From the IMG/VR virus record IMGVR_UViG_3300030372_003259, positions 1 to 32,713 of that record: a stretch of DNA of 32,713 nucleotides; one strand, written 5' to 3'. Source of the DNA: a virus. Taxonomy: Duplodnaviria; Caudoviricetes. The translations under genes were made by a program, and so were the position numbers. Below the pieces are notes generated by a model. That model did no database searches. It was not told where the DNA came from and worked only from the letters and a program-made list of their open reading frames with translations. Below are positions 10,958 through 17,861 of this stretch, piece by piece (position 1 is the first letter of the stretch; every line of letters starts with the position of its first letter).

Positions 10958-10971
10958 CAACTTAATTACAA
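10943..10971 (-). promoter_or_regulatory. Sigma70/HrdB-type promoter for the terminase-portal operon
   Basis: Minus strand TTGTAA (10971-10966), 17-nt spacer, TATAAT (10948-10943). Confidence 0.65.
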
Positions 10972-10984
10972 ACACTAAACACAA

Positions 10985-11168
10985 GTAATTTGTTACAGGT
11001 GAAGATGGCATCGGGAGTCGAAAAGCTGCTCACTGGCAAGACAGTACACTAGAAAGACAAAGGCAGTACCCAAGGACACAAGAAAAGGTTTAGTCAGCAT
11101 ACTGACATAATATGCCCGCTAATGCTCAAAAAGGCTGTGTTTACTGACAATACGGTCTACAGAATTAC
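10985..11168 (+). ncRNA. Putative structured ncRNA (~185 nt), family unknown
   Basis: GC-enriched island with no long ORF. Closing stem GTAATT/AATTAC; GGCAT-CGGG with CCCG-cta-ATGCT; GCTGCT/GGCAGT; hairpins ACTG/CAGT and GTCAG/CTGAC. Confidence 0.5.
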
Positions 11169-11218
11169 CAACATATTTTTTACGTATAATAAAGTGACAG
11201 TCTAGATTAAAACCTGTT

Positions 11219-11321
11219 AGTCAAACATCTTGTATATGAATTTCTGTATATCCGACTACTTAGATACTTTAAATTTATAGACAATATAGATATACAGAAA
11301 TACATATTTATATGGTTGACT
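11219..11321. repeat. Long imperfect inverted repeat (~33-nt arms, 36-nt loop)
   Basis: 11234-11252 pairs with 11289-11307 at 18/19 positions; 11219-11228 pairs with 11312-11321 at 9/10. Confidence 0.85.
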
Positions 11322-11490
11322 TACATACCCTAGTTAATTAAATATACCCCTATATAGTTTAAATTGATACCTATATGAACTTAAGTAATATATATATTTA
11401 GATGTTAATATTTTCTTCGTCTTCCTTTGGGAATCCGAACTAAATCTATAGTTTTGATTTCTTTTAGTTATATATAGTGAAAGGATAGTA

Positions 11491-11757
11491 ATGGCTATAT
11501 TAAATAAAAAGTCTACAGAAGAAACTGTAGATAAAGTTGAAGTAACCGAAGAAGTAGTTGAAGAAACTAAGTCTAGTACCTATGAATGTAAAGGTTGTAA
11601 TAAAACTTTTAAGAAAGGTAATAACTTTAGATGGATTCGACCTAAGGCCAAATTTGATAATGGTACTTATGTAGATAATATATTTATAGTTTGGAACTGG
11701 TGTAAACCTTGCGGTGAATCTAAAGCTAAAGAAGCATTCGGTTATATTAACAACTAA
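11491..11757 (+). CDS. Small putative zinc-finger protein (CKGC...CKPC)
   Basis: GAAAGGA RBS; two CxxC motifs; first gene of the rightward arm. Confidence 0.8.
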   Translation: MAILNKKSTEETVDKVEVTEEVVEETKSSTYECKGCNKTFKKGNNFRWIRPKAKFDNGTYVDNIFIVWNWCKPCGESKAKEAFGYINN

Positions 11758-11767
11758 ATATCCAATT

Positions 11768-11821
11768 TACTTGGTTAACTAGGGTAATTAATTTTATCTT
11801 AGTTAGCCAGGTATTTTTTTT
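11768..11821 (+). terminator. Long-stem intrinsic terminator
   Basis: ~20-bp stem with G-U pairs (11768-11787 / 11794-11813) followed by T8. Confidence 0.8.
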
Positions 11822-11842
11822 AGTCGCTTTATCTGTAGTCTA

Positions 11843-11857
11843 AATGTCAAACGATAG
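11843..11857 (+). repeat. Intergenic motif AATGTCAAACGATAG, copy 1
   Basis: Identical 15-mer at 18074-18088; 12-mer at 13318-13329. Confidence 0.8.
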
Positions 11858-11910
11858 TATTTTTTTCTTCCGCCTGCATTCGCATTCGTAATAAAAAAAA
11901 AGGATTTTAT

Positions 11911-12057
11911 ATGAAAATAAATTGGTTTGAGTATTGGATATGGATACCTATATATGTAGCTATTAAGAATAGAGGTAATTTGTATAGTATATATAGCGAA
12001 TTATTTGTGATTAATGGCATAAGATTAGGTAAATATAAACATTTAATTGAAAGGTAA
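11911..12057 (+). CDS. Small hypothetical protein, 48 aa (MKINWFEYWIWIPIYV...), not in ORF track
   Basis: AAAGGA RBS 6 nt upstream; stop 2 nt before the next ATG. Confidence 0.7.
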   Translation: MKINWFEYWIWIPIYVAIKNRGNLYSIYSELFVINGIRLGKYKHLIER

Positions 12058-12059
12058 AT

Positions 12060-12311
12060 ATGAGTAAAACAATTATCTGCGGACACTGCGGTAATGATGT
12101 TGAACCAAATAATAGGTATTGGCATAGACAAAAAGCTAAATGGTATCCGCTATATATACATAACCATTGCGGTGTTAAGTTACACGAAATAGGTGAAAGT
12201 AACCAAATCTGGAACGTACATCGCAGAGGTAAACTAAATACAAAAGCTATAGAAGATAAGTTAGCTAAAGAAGCAACAACTAAAGCCGAACAGCTTAAGT
12301 TATCTCTATAA
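12060..12311 (+). CDS. Small putative zinc-binding protein (CGHC...HNHC)
   Basis: GAAAGG RBS; Cys/His motif pair. Confidence 0.8.
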   Translation: MSKTIICGHCGNDVEPNNRYWHRQKAKWYPLYIHNHCGVKLHEIGESNQIWNVHRRGKLNTKAIEDKLAKEATTKAEQLKLSL

Positions 12312-12314
12312 ACT

Positions 12315-12355
12315 AGTTGACTAGGTAGTTTCCCTTATCTACCTAGTTAGCTTTT
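12315..12355 (+). terminator. 14-bp hairpin with C/U-rich loop and short T tail (weak terminator or processing site)
   Basis: AGTTGACTAGGTAG / CTACCTAGTTAGCT, loop TTTCCCTTAT. Confidence 0.6.
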
Positions 12356-12368
12356 AAAGTCACTAACT

Positions 12369-12686
12369 ATGAAAGGAATAATAAACGTGAGTGAATTAAA
12401 ATCATTAAGATACGCAATACATCATACTGGTATTCCAGTTAATAATCCAGAAGATTATGACCCAGCTAAATATTATAATCGTTCTGGTTGTGCATACGTA
12501 GATACATTATGCAGTTGTAGTCTAGGTAAAGGAATTACTTATTACTTTGACTGGTATAACGATACCGATGATTCTGTATATCGTGAACATATAGAAGAAG
12601 AAATTAAAGCTAGATTTAATAATAAGTTTCGATTCTGCGATAGTTGTGAATCGGAAATAATGGATAAGATAAAAGAACAATACTAA
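12369..12686 (+). CDS. Hypothetical Cys-containing protein (start may be GTG at 12387 after the GAAAGGA RBS)
   Basis: ORF track; CSC and CDSC motifs. Confidence 0.75.
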   Translation: MKGIINVSELKSLRYAIHHTGIPVNNPEDYDPAKYYNRSGCAYVDTLCSCSLGKGITYYFDWYNDTDDSVYREHIEEEIKARFNNKFRFCDSCESEIMDKIKEQY

Positions 12687-12743
12687 TGTATTTTTTTTCT
12701 ATCTTGCCTTCGCAATCTATAAAAAAAAAGGAGTGTTTTATTT

Positions 12744-12923
12744 ATGAAAGTAAATGAAGAACTAAAAAATGCAATTAATCTTGTAGTTAATTTTGTTGAA
12801 GAAGTTAACGAAGATAATGCAAATACTGTAAAAGAAATTGTAGCTACTAGTGTAAAAGCACATAGCTTAAACAAATATGAAGCTAGATTAAAAGACGATT
12901 TAGATTATCTAGAAGTTGGATAA
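12744..12923 (+). CDS. Small hypothetical protein, 59 aa (MKVNEELKNAINLVV...), not in ORF track
   Basis: AAGGAG RBS; fills the gap on the coding strand. Confidence 0.8.
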   Translation: MKVNEELKNAINLVVNFVEEVNEDNANTVKEIVATSVKAHSLNKYEARLKDDLDYLEVG

Positions 12924-12940
12924 TCGGAAAGGATATTATT

Positions 12941-13231
12941 ATGGAAAATGATAATACTACTTCTGTTGACTCTACAGAAACAAAACAATATGAGTTACCT
13001 ATCTGCGGTATTACAGGTAAACCCTTAGAATGGGGACAACGTACTTGGATATCAACATATGTAAAAGGTAAAAAGGAAGTTATTCCTTTGTATTTGGATA
13101 TTGAAGCAGTTCGTGCTTTACATAGACAAAGTCCTACTTATATAGCTAAAAAAGGTAATCAAGATACCCAACAGGTAGATAATAATCAAGTAAATATGGA
13201 TGATTTAGTTGATGAAGAAGTTAGCATATAG
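12941..13231 (+). CDS. Hypothetical protein (96 aa, acidic C-terminal tail)
   Basis: GGAAAGGA RBS; ORF track. Confidence 0.8.
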   Translation: MENDNTTSVDSTETKQYELPICGITGKPLEWGQRTWISTYVKGKKEVIPLYLDIEAVRALHRQSPTYIAKKGNQDTQQVDNNQVNMDDLVDEEVSI

Positions 13232-13246
13232 CCTTCTCTGTTAATT

Positions 13247-13294
13247 GTAGATACTGCGTAGTTAGTAATAGCTACGTAGTTATCTATTTTTTTT
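13247..13294 (+). terminator. Long-stem intrinsic terminator with GTAA loop
   Basis: GTAGATA-CTGCGTAGTTA / TAGCTACGTAG-T-TATCTAT followed by T8. Confidence 0.8.
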
Positions 13295-13299
13295 ATTAA

Positions 13300-13329
13300 G
13301 TCACGGATTTTTACAAAAATGTCAAACGA
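13300..13329 (+). promoter_or_regulatory. Bipartite motif GTCACGGATTT-N13-AAACGA
   Basis: Same two boxes with the same spacing at 14591-14620. Confidence 0.65.
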
Positions 13330-13338
13330 AAGGCAACT

Positions 13339-13554
13339 ATGCAAAACCTAATAGAAAAAATACATAGTTTATCTGTACGTAGTTTAATTACAGTATTACT
13401 ATGGATTATAAATGACTTGAACAATGCAGCTAATTCATCTAATTATGCAAACTTAGACGAAAAAGTTAAGGGATGGTGTGCAATGTTACTTGAAGCTGTT
13501 GAATATCAAGTCGATAAGGAAATTAAAAGAAATAATACTATAGAGGAGGAATAA
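13339..13554 (+). CDS. Hypothetical protein (71 aa)
   Basis: GAAAGG RBS; TAATG-coupled to the next gene. Confidence 0.8.
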   Translation: MQNLIEKIHSLSVRSLITVLLWIINDLNNAANSSNYANLDEKVKGWCAMLLEAVEYQVDKEIKRNNTIEEE

Positions 13555-13841
13555 TGGACGAAATGTTAGATATGATGAAGAAAACATCTGCAATGCTAGC
13601 AAATCTAGATAATAGAATAAAGTTATTAGCAGATATTACTAGTGTAATGACAGAATATCTAGGTGAACGTGATAGTGAATTTAGAAATATGTTTATTATG
13701 GGAACATTACATAATGATGATTTACGTAATCAATTTACAGAATTTCTTAATCAAAATCACAAAGATATAGAACACGGTGATGACCTTATTACAACAATGA
13801 TGGAAATCAACGAACAATTTGCTAATAAAGAGGAGGAATAA
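13554..13841 (+). CDS. Hypothetical protein (95 aa)
   Basis: GGAGG RBS; TAATG coupling on both sides. Confidence 0.8.
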   Translation: MDEMLDMMKKTSAMLANLDNRIKLLADITSVMTEYLGERDSEFRNMFIMGTLHNDDLRNQFTEFLNQNHKDIEHGDDLITTMMEINEQFANKEEE

Positions 13842-14464
13842 TGCCTAATTGGACAGCTAATTACTTAGAAATTACTGGTAAACCAGAAGATGTTGATAGA
13901 TTTATTAATGATGTAACAGTATTAGAAGCAGAACCAAATGATGTTTCTATTAGTTATGATTTAACTAAAATAAATCCACTACCAGATATATTTGATTCAA
14001 TGCACACTGGTGCAAGAAATATAGATGGTGTTAAATATACACAATGGTTTGAAGATAGTGAAGGTGTTAGACCATTACTTGAAATTAATGCATTAGAAAT
14101 TACAGATAAATATGGTACTTGTGACCCAGTTGACTGGCAATATCGTAACTGGGGGACTAAATGGGGTGATTGCGATACAGTAATTGTATCTAAAAACACT
14201 ACAAATGATAGTATCAAAGAACTTGAAATGCGTTTTGATTCTGCTTGGGGTGAACCTTTTATGTTATTAAATGATATATCACGAAAGTATAATTTAAGTA
14301 TTACAAATACTTGGGATATAGAATTAGGTAACGGTGATGGTGTAACTAAATATCCTTGGACGGATGAACATACGCAAGAAACATATGAACATTTTGTTGA
14401 ACAACACGAAGAAATGAAACTAAGTGTCAAAAAGATGTTTATGGATAGAGATTCAACTGCATAA
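13841..14464 (+). CDS. YubB ferredoxin-like / DUF1281-family protein
   Basis: Family-typical motifs MPNW..N.L.I.G, W...NWGTKW and F.SAW. Confidence 0.8.
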   Translation: MPNWTANYLEITGKPEDVDRFINDVTVLEAEPNDVSISYDLTKINPLPDIFDSMHTGARNIDGVKYTQWFEDSEGVRPLLEINALEITDKYGTCDPVDWQYRNWGTKWGDCDTVIVSKNTTNDSIKELEMRFDSAWGEPFMLLNDISRKYNLSITNTWDIELGNGDGVTKYPWTDEHTQETYEHFVEQHEEMKLSVKKMFMDRDSTA

Positions 14465-14542
14465 GCAATTGAAACGCAAAATAAGATGAAGGACCTAGTT
14501 AGTACGGTACTAATTCCCTGTTGTATACGGATGGCTAGGTTC

Positions 14543-14589
14543 TTCTCTTGTGTTCTACTCTCACAGACCACAAGAGAAAGTTTTTTTTT
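14543..14589 (+). terminator. Intrinsic terminator
   Basis: TTCTCTTGTG / CACAAGAGAA stem followed by T9. Confidence 0.75.
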
Positions 14590-14590
14590 G

Positions 14591-14620
14591 GTCACGGATT
14601 TATGTAAAAATAATAAACGA
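14591..14620 (+). promoter_or_regulatory. Bipartite motif GTCACGGATTT-N13-AAACGA, second copy
   Basis: Matches 13300-13329; lies between a terminator and an RBS. Confidence 0.65.
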
Positions 14621-14635
14621 TAAAGGAAGGTAATA

Positions 14636-15118
14636 ATGAAAATAGAAATAGGTGATTGGCATAATATATATTCACAAGAACCAGACAATAAGCTATACAT
14701 ATGCCAAGTAGCTTATATTCCACAAGACTCACACAAAGATAAAAAAAGTTGGGGTAATGATGGTACTGTATTTAAAATTAGAGTACACGCACCTACAATA
14801 GAAACTGCTTTAGCACAAGCTATGCGTATTGTGAATATAGAACGTGCTATTGATATGTGTATGATACCAGATGAACATCCAGATTATATAGGTAAAGAAT
14901 CATTAACACATGATGATATCAAAGCAATTGTTGATGACACTAGAGAAAGAGGTGTATATCAAGCTTGGATGTTAATAGAACCTACTTCGATACAAATTCA
15001 TTTAGAAGATGACGAAGAAGCTTTGATGGGTATGACTGCAAATAATATAGAACAAATTATTGAACGTACTAGTGATGAAGCAGAAGAATATTTAAAGGAA
15101 ATAACAGATGATGAATAG
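14636..15118 (+). CDS. Hypothetical protein (160 aa)
   Basis: AAAGGAAGG RBS; ORF track. Confidence 0.8.
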   Translation: MKIEIGDWHNIYSQEPDNKLYICQVAYIPQDSHKDKKSWGNDGTVFKIRVHAPTIETALAQAMRIVNIERAIDMCMIPDEHPDYIGKESLTHDDIKAIVDDTRERGVYQAWMLIEPTSIQIHLEDDEEALMGMTANNIEQIIERTSDEAEEYLKEITDDE

Positions 15119-15419
15119 CACAGACATTGTTCAACAAGAACCACCAAGAGTTAATAACTCTAATAAAGGTCGTAAACCAGTATTGTTGAATGACAACGTA
15201 GTTAAAGTTTTACTAGCAAATCCTAATGTATGGTTTCGCATTGGCGTAACAGACAACTGGATAAGCGGAGTAAAAAAGAATATAGAAAGTATGCAACAAA
15301 ATAATATAAAACATCTTATAGATGTTGGCAGATTTTCTATTGTACAAAGAAAGAATGATGATACTAATAAAATTGATATTTATTGTCAATTTGTTACATC
15401 ATCACAAGAAGAAGAATAG
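15108..15419 (+). CDS. Hypothetical protein (103 aa), possibly DNA-binding
   Basis: AAAGGA RBS; overlaps the upstream gene end. Confidence 0.75.
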   Translation: MMNSTDIVQQEPPRVNNSNKGRKPVLLNDNVVKVLLANPNVWFRIGVTDNWISGVKKNIESMQQNNIKHLIDVGRFSIVQRKNDDTNKIDIYCQFVTSSQEEE

Positions 15420-15434
15420 TAAGGAAGGAATACT

Positions 15435-16154
15435 ATGGAAAAACAATTAGACTGTTGGAAGCTAGCCAACGCTGTATTAGGTAAGTCACGTAGAATTTTA
15501 TTATACGGACCACCAGGTACAGGTAAAACATATAGTGCAGTTAAAACAAATGCACCACTAGATATGGACGGAAAACCAAATGTATACCAAGTAACAATGA
15601 CAGAAGATACAGCTTCTGCAAACTTGGAAGGCTTTTATATGCCTAGTGCAGATGGTTCATTTAAATGGAATGACGGTATTGCTATACAATCTTGGCGTAA
15701 TGGCGGTAGATTAGTTATTAACGAAATCGACCACGCTTCACCAGATGCAATGACATTCCTACACGCTATATTGGATGACCAAGATATTGCAATGTTGACG
15801 TTAAACAATGATAATAAGGAAACTGTTAGACCAGCAGAAGGCTTTCAAGTTATTGCTACAACTAATAGTCCGCCAGAATCATTGCCACTTGCATTAAAGG
15901 ATAGATTTCCTGTAAAAATTAATATCGATAAAATACATCCAAAAGCAATGGACAAATTCCCAGCAGAATGGCATACAACAATCCAGGACACTACATTGAT
16001 AGATGACCCGGAAGAACGTATATCTGTTCGTGCTTGGAACGAATTCTTTGAATTACAAAACAAAGGCTTTTCTATAGATGTAGCAGGTAAGCTAATATTT
16101 GCAGACAAAGCAACAGATTTGTTGGACGCTATACACTTAAGCCAGGTCGATTAA
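15435..16154 (+). CDS. MoxR-type AAA+ ATPase (CbbQ/NirQ/NorQ, CobS-like)
   Basis: Walker A GPPGTGKT, variant Walker B LVINEID, sensor ATTN, arginine finger ALKDRF. Confidence 0.92.
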   Translation: MEKQLDCWKLANAVLGKSRRILLYGPPGTGKTYSAVKTNAPLDMDGKPNVYQVTMTEDTASANLEGFYMPSADGSFKWNDGIAIQSWRNGGRLVINEIDHASPDAMTFLHAILDDQDIAMLTLNNDNKETVRPAEGFQVIATTNSPPESLPLALKDRFPVKINIDKIHPKAMDKFPAEWHTTIQDTTLIDDPEERISVRAWNEFFELQNKGFSIDVAGKLIFADKATDLLDAIHLSQVD

Positions 16155-17575
16155 TGCACGGTAATAAAAGATATCCATATCCACAGATAGTTACTGGGGA
16201 TGACTGGACTGTTTACAATACTACATCATTAGATGAAACACCTAAGACAGACAATTTAAATAAACAAATGTATGTTCCTATGGATGCAGAATGTAATAGA
16301 TGCGGTATTGACCACAGTAGAATGATTCGTAGACACGAATTAGGTCACGCAAAATGGTCACCAGCTACCATTGGTAAACTTAAAGGCATACGTAAGGATG
16401 CTATTGAAGCAATGGAAGAAGTACGTATTAACTATTTATTAGGTAAATACAAACTTCCAGTTGATGAACCAGTTATGTGTTTGGATGACATAAAAATACG
16501 CTATATGGATTTGATTTATAATCAAAGTATTGCAGATTTAATGCTGTATACAATTGCTAGTTATTCACATAATCGTGATTACGAATTAAATAAAAACTCA
16601 ACTTTTGAGGCTTTATTAGAATTGTTAAATACAGCACAAGAATATGATGATTTATCACCTATGCGTAAAGCAGAACTTGCTTTTACTCACAATGTTGTAA
16701 GGGATTTAACAGGTGAAATACGCTATTCACGTTCTGGTAGCAATCCAAGTTATCGTAAGGTACAAAAACTAGCTAAACGCTTGACAGATATACTAAATAT
16801 GTTTCAAGACAAACCAGAACCATATCAACCGGAAGCAGATAGTAATTCTATCGGAGGTGAAACCGAAGAAGGTGAAGGTGATGGTAGTGATGAAGCAGAA
16901 CAAATTGCTTATGGCGTTTCCGATTTAGAAAAACGTATGCGTAAAGAATTAATGCAAGAAATGCAATATCGTACAACATCTGGTATAGGTTACTGGGGTT
17001 CAATGGAAATATTGCAACCAGCATTAACAGTAAACTTACAAGGTAGACTCAAAGCTAGTAGAGGATACCAAGCTAAAGATTATGGCTACAATCCTAAATA
17101 CATTAATAGGTTTTGTGTTGACAGAAAAATATTCAAACAAAAGTTGAATGTTAAAGGCGGTACAATACTTATAGACGCATCTGGTTCAATGATGTTTAAT
17201 GGCCAAGATATATTGGAAATTATGGAATTATTGCCAGCTGTAACTATTGCTATGTATAACGGTCACTATAATAAAGGTCACTTACGTGTAATTGCACGTA
17301 ATGGCAAACGTGTATCGGAACAATATTTAAATACACATTCTGGAGGAGGTAACGTTGTTGACGGTCCAGCATTAGAATGGTTGGCTACTATGCCAGCTAG
17401 ACGTATTTGGGTATCCGATATGAAAGTAGTAGGTTCATATCAATCTAGAAATGCAACAGGTTTTAACCTGCTTAAGGAATGCTACGATTTATGTACTAAA
17501 CATCGCATTATTAATTTAAAAGATGTTGAAGAAGTAAAGGAACACGCACTTAAATTAAATAGTGTGTTAAAGTAG
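16154..17575 (+). CDS. HExxH metallopeptidase-like plus vWA domain protein (MoxR partner, CobT-like)
   Basis: RHELGH near the N-terminus, acidic linker, MIDAS motif IDASGSM; coupled to the AAA+ gene. Confidence 0.85.
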   Translation: MHGNKRYPYPQIVTGDDWTVYNTTSLDETPKTDNLNKQMYVPMDAECNRCGIDHSRMIRRHELGHAKWSPATIGKLKGIRKDAIEAMEEVRINYLLGKYKLPVDEPVMCLDDIKIRYMDLIYNQSIADLMLYTIASYSHNRDYELNKNSTFEALLELLNTAQEYDDLSPMRKAELAFTHNVVRDLTGEIRYSRSGSNPSYRKVQKLAKRLTDILNMFQDKPEPYQPEADSNSIGGETEEGEGDGSDEAEQIAYGVSDLEKRMRKELMQEMQYRTTSGIGYWGSMEILQPALTVNLQGRLKASRGYQAKDYGYNPKYINRFCVDRKIFKQKLNVKGGTILIDASGSMMFNGQDILEIMELLPAVTIAMYNGHYNKGHLRVIARNGKRVSEQYLNTHSGGGNVVDGPALEWLATMPARRIWVSDMKVVGSYQSRNATGFNLLKECYDLCTKHRIINLKDVEEVKEHALKLNSVLK

Positions 17576-17725
17576 TAGGGAATATAGTAACACGCAAGTG
17601 TACCTATGTTTCCTTTCCATAGGTTAAGCTGTATTTAGTAGCAGAATAGAGTGCAGGGAGAACCTGCAACGGGTTACCTTCATTAACAGTCAACAGACCT
17701 ATAGTGAACACTGCTACGACTACTT
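17570..17725 (+). ncRNA. Putative structured RNA domain A (multibranch; GNRA hairpin; anti-SD-like loop)
   Basis: Nested helices AAGTAGT/ACTACTT, AATATAGT/GCTGTATT, ACAC-GCAA-GTGT, ACCTATG/CATAGGT, GTAGCAG/CTGCTAC, TGCAGG/CCTGCA, TTCATTA/TAGTGAA. G-U pairs favour the + strand. Confidence 0.7.
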
Positions 17726-17733
17726 AGACGAAA

Positions 17734-17821
17734 CTAATGGCATAGCCAGGACGAAGGCTAAGCAACGAAGCACCATCGCTGGTGCTAGGAAGCGTGCGTG
17801 AGGGATGGCAGATGCCATTAG
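17734..17821 (+). ncRNA. Putative structured RNA domain B
   Basis: Perfect 10-bp closing stem CTAATGGCAT/ATGCCATTAG enclosing AGCC/GGCT and AGCACCA/TGGTGCT hairpins; GC-rich against an AT-rich genome. Confidence 0.65.
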
Positions 17822-17846
17822 CTAGAGTTAACAAAAAGGATATAAT
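17818..17846 (+). promoter_or_regulatory. Putative promoter for RNA domain C
   Basis: TTAGCT, 17-nt spacer, TATAAT (17841-17846); no ORF follows. Confidence 0.5.
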
Positions 17847-17861
17847 GTAAATTAATTAAGA

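Noticed and set aside
11907-12874. Minus-strand ORFs 11907-12131 and 12683-12874
   Set aside because: Better explained by RBS-led plus-strand ORFs 11911-12057, 12060-12311 and 12744-12923.
11768-14620. CRISPR array or integron attC cassette array
   Set aside because: Repeats are short, irregularly spaced and separated by whole genes; no cas or integrase gene and no attC-type GTTRRRY ends identified.
13954-14700. 248-aa minus-strand ORF
   Set aside because: Antisense to the YubB-like gene and crosses a plus-strand terminator; shadow ORF.
15435-17575. Cobalamin biosynthesis genes cobS/cobT as auxiliary metabolic genes
   Set aside because: Motifs support only a generic MoxR AAA+/vWA pair; no cobN or other cob genes are present.
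17711-17825. Hammerhead ribozyme suggested by GACGAAAC followed by a stem
   Set aside because: No CUGANGA core, and no U-H cleavage dinucleotide after the stem.
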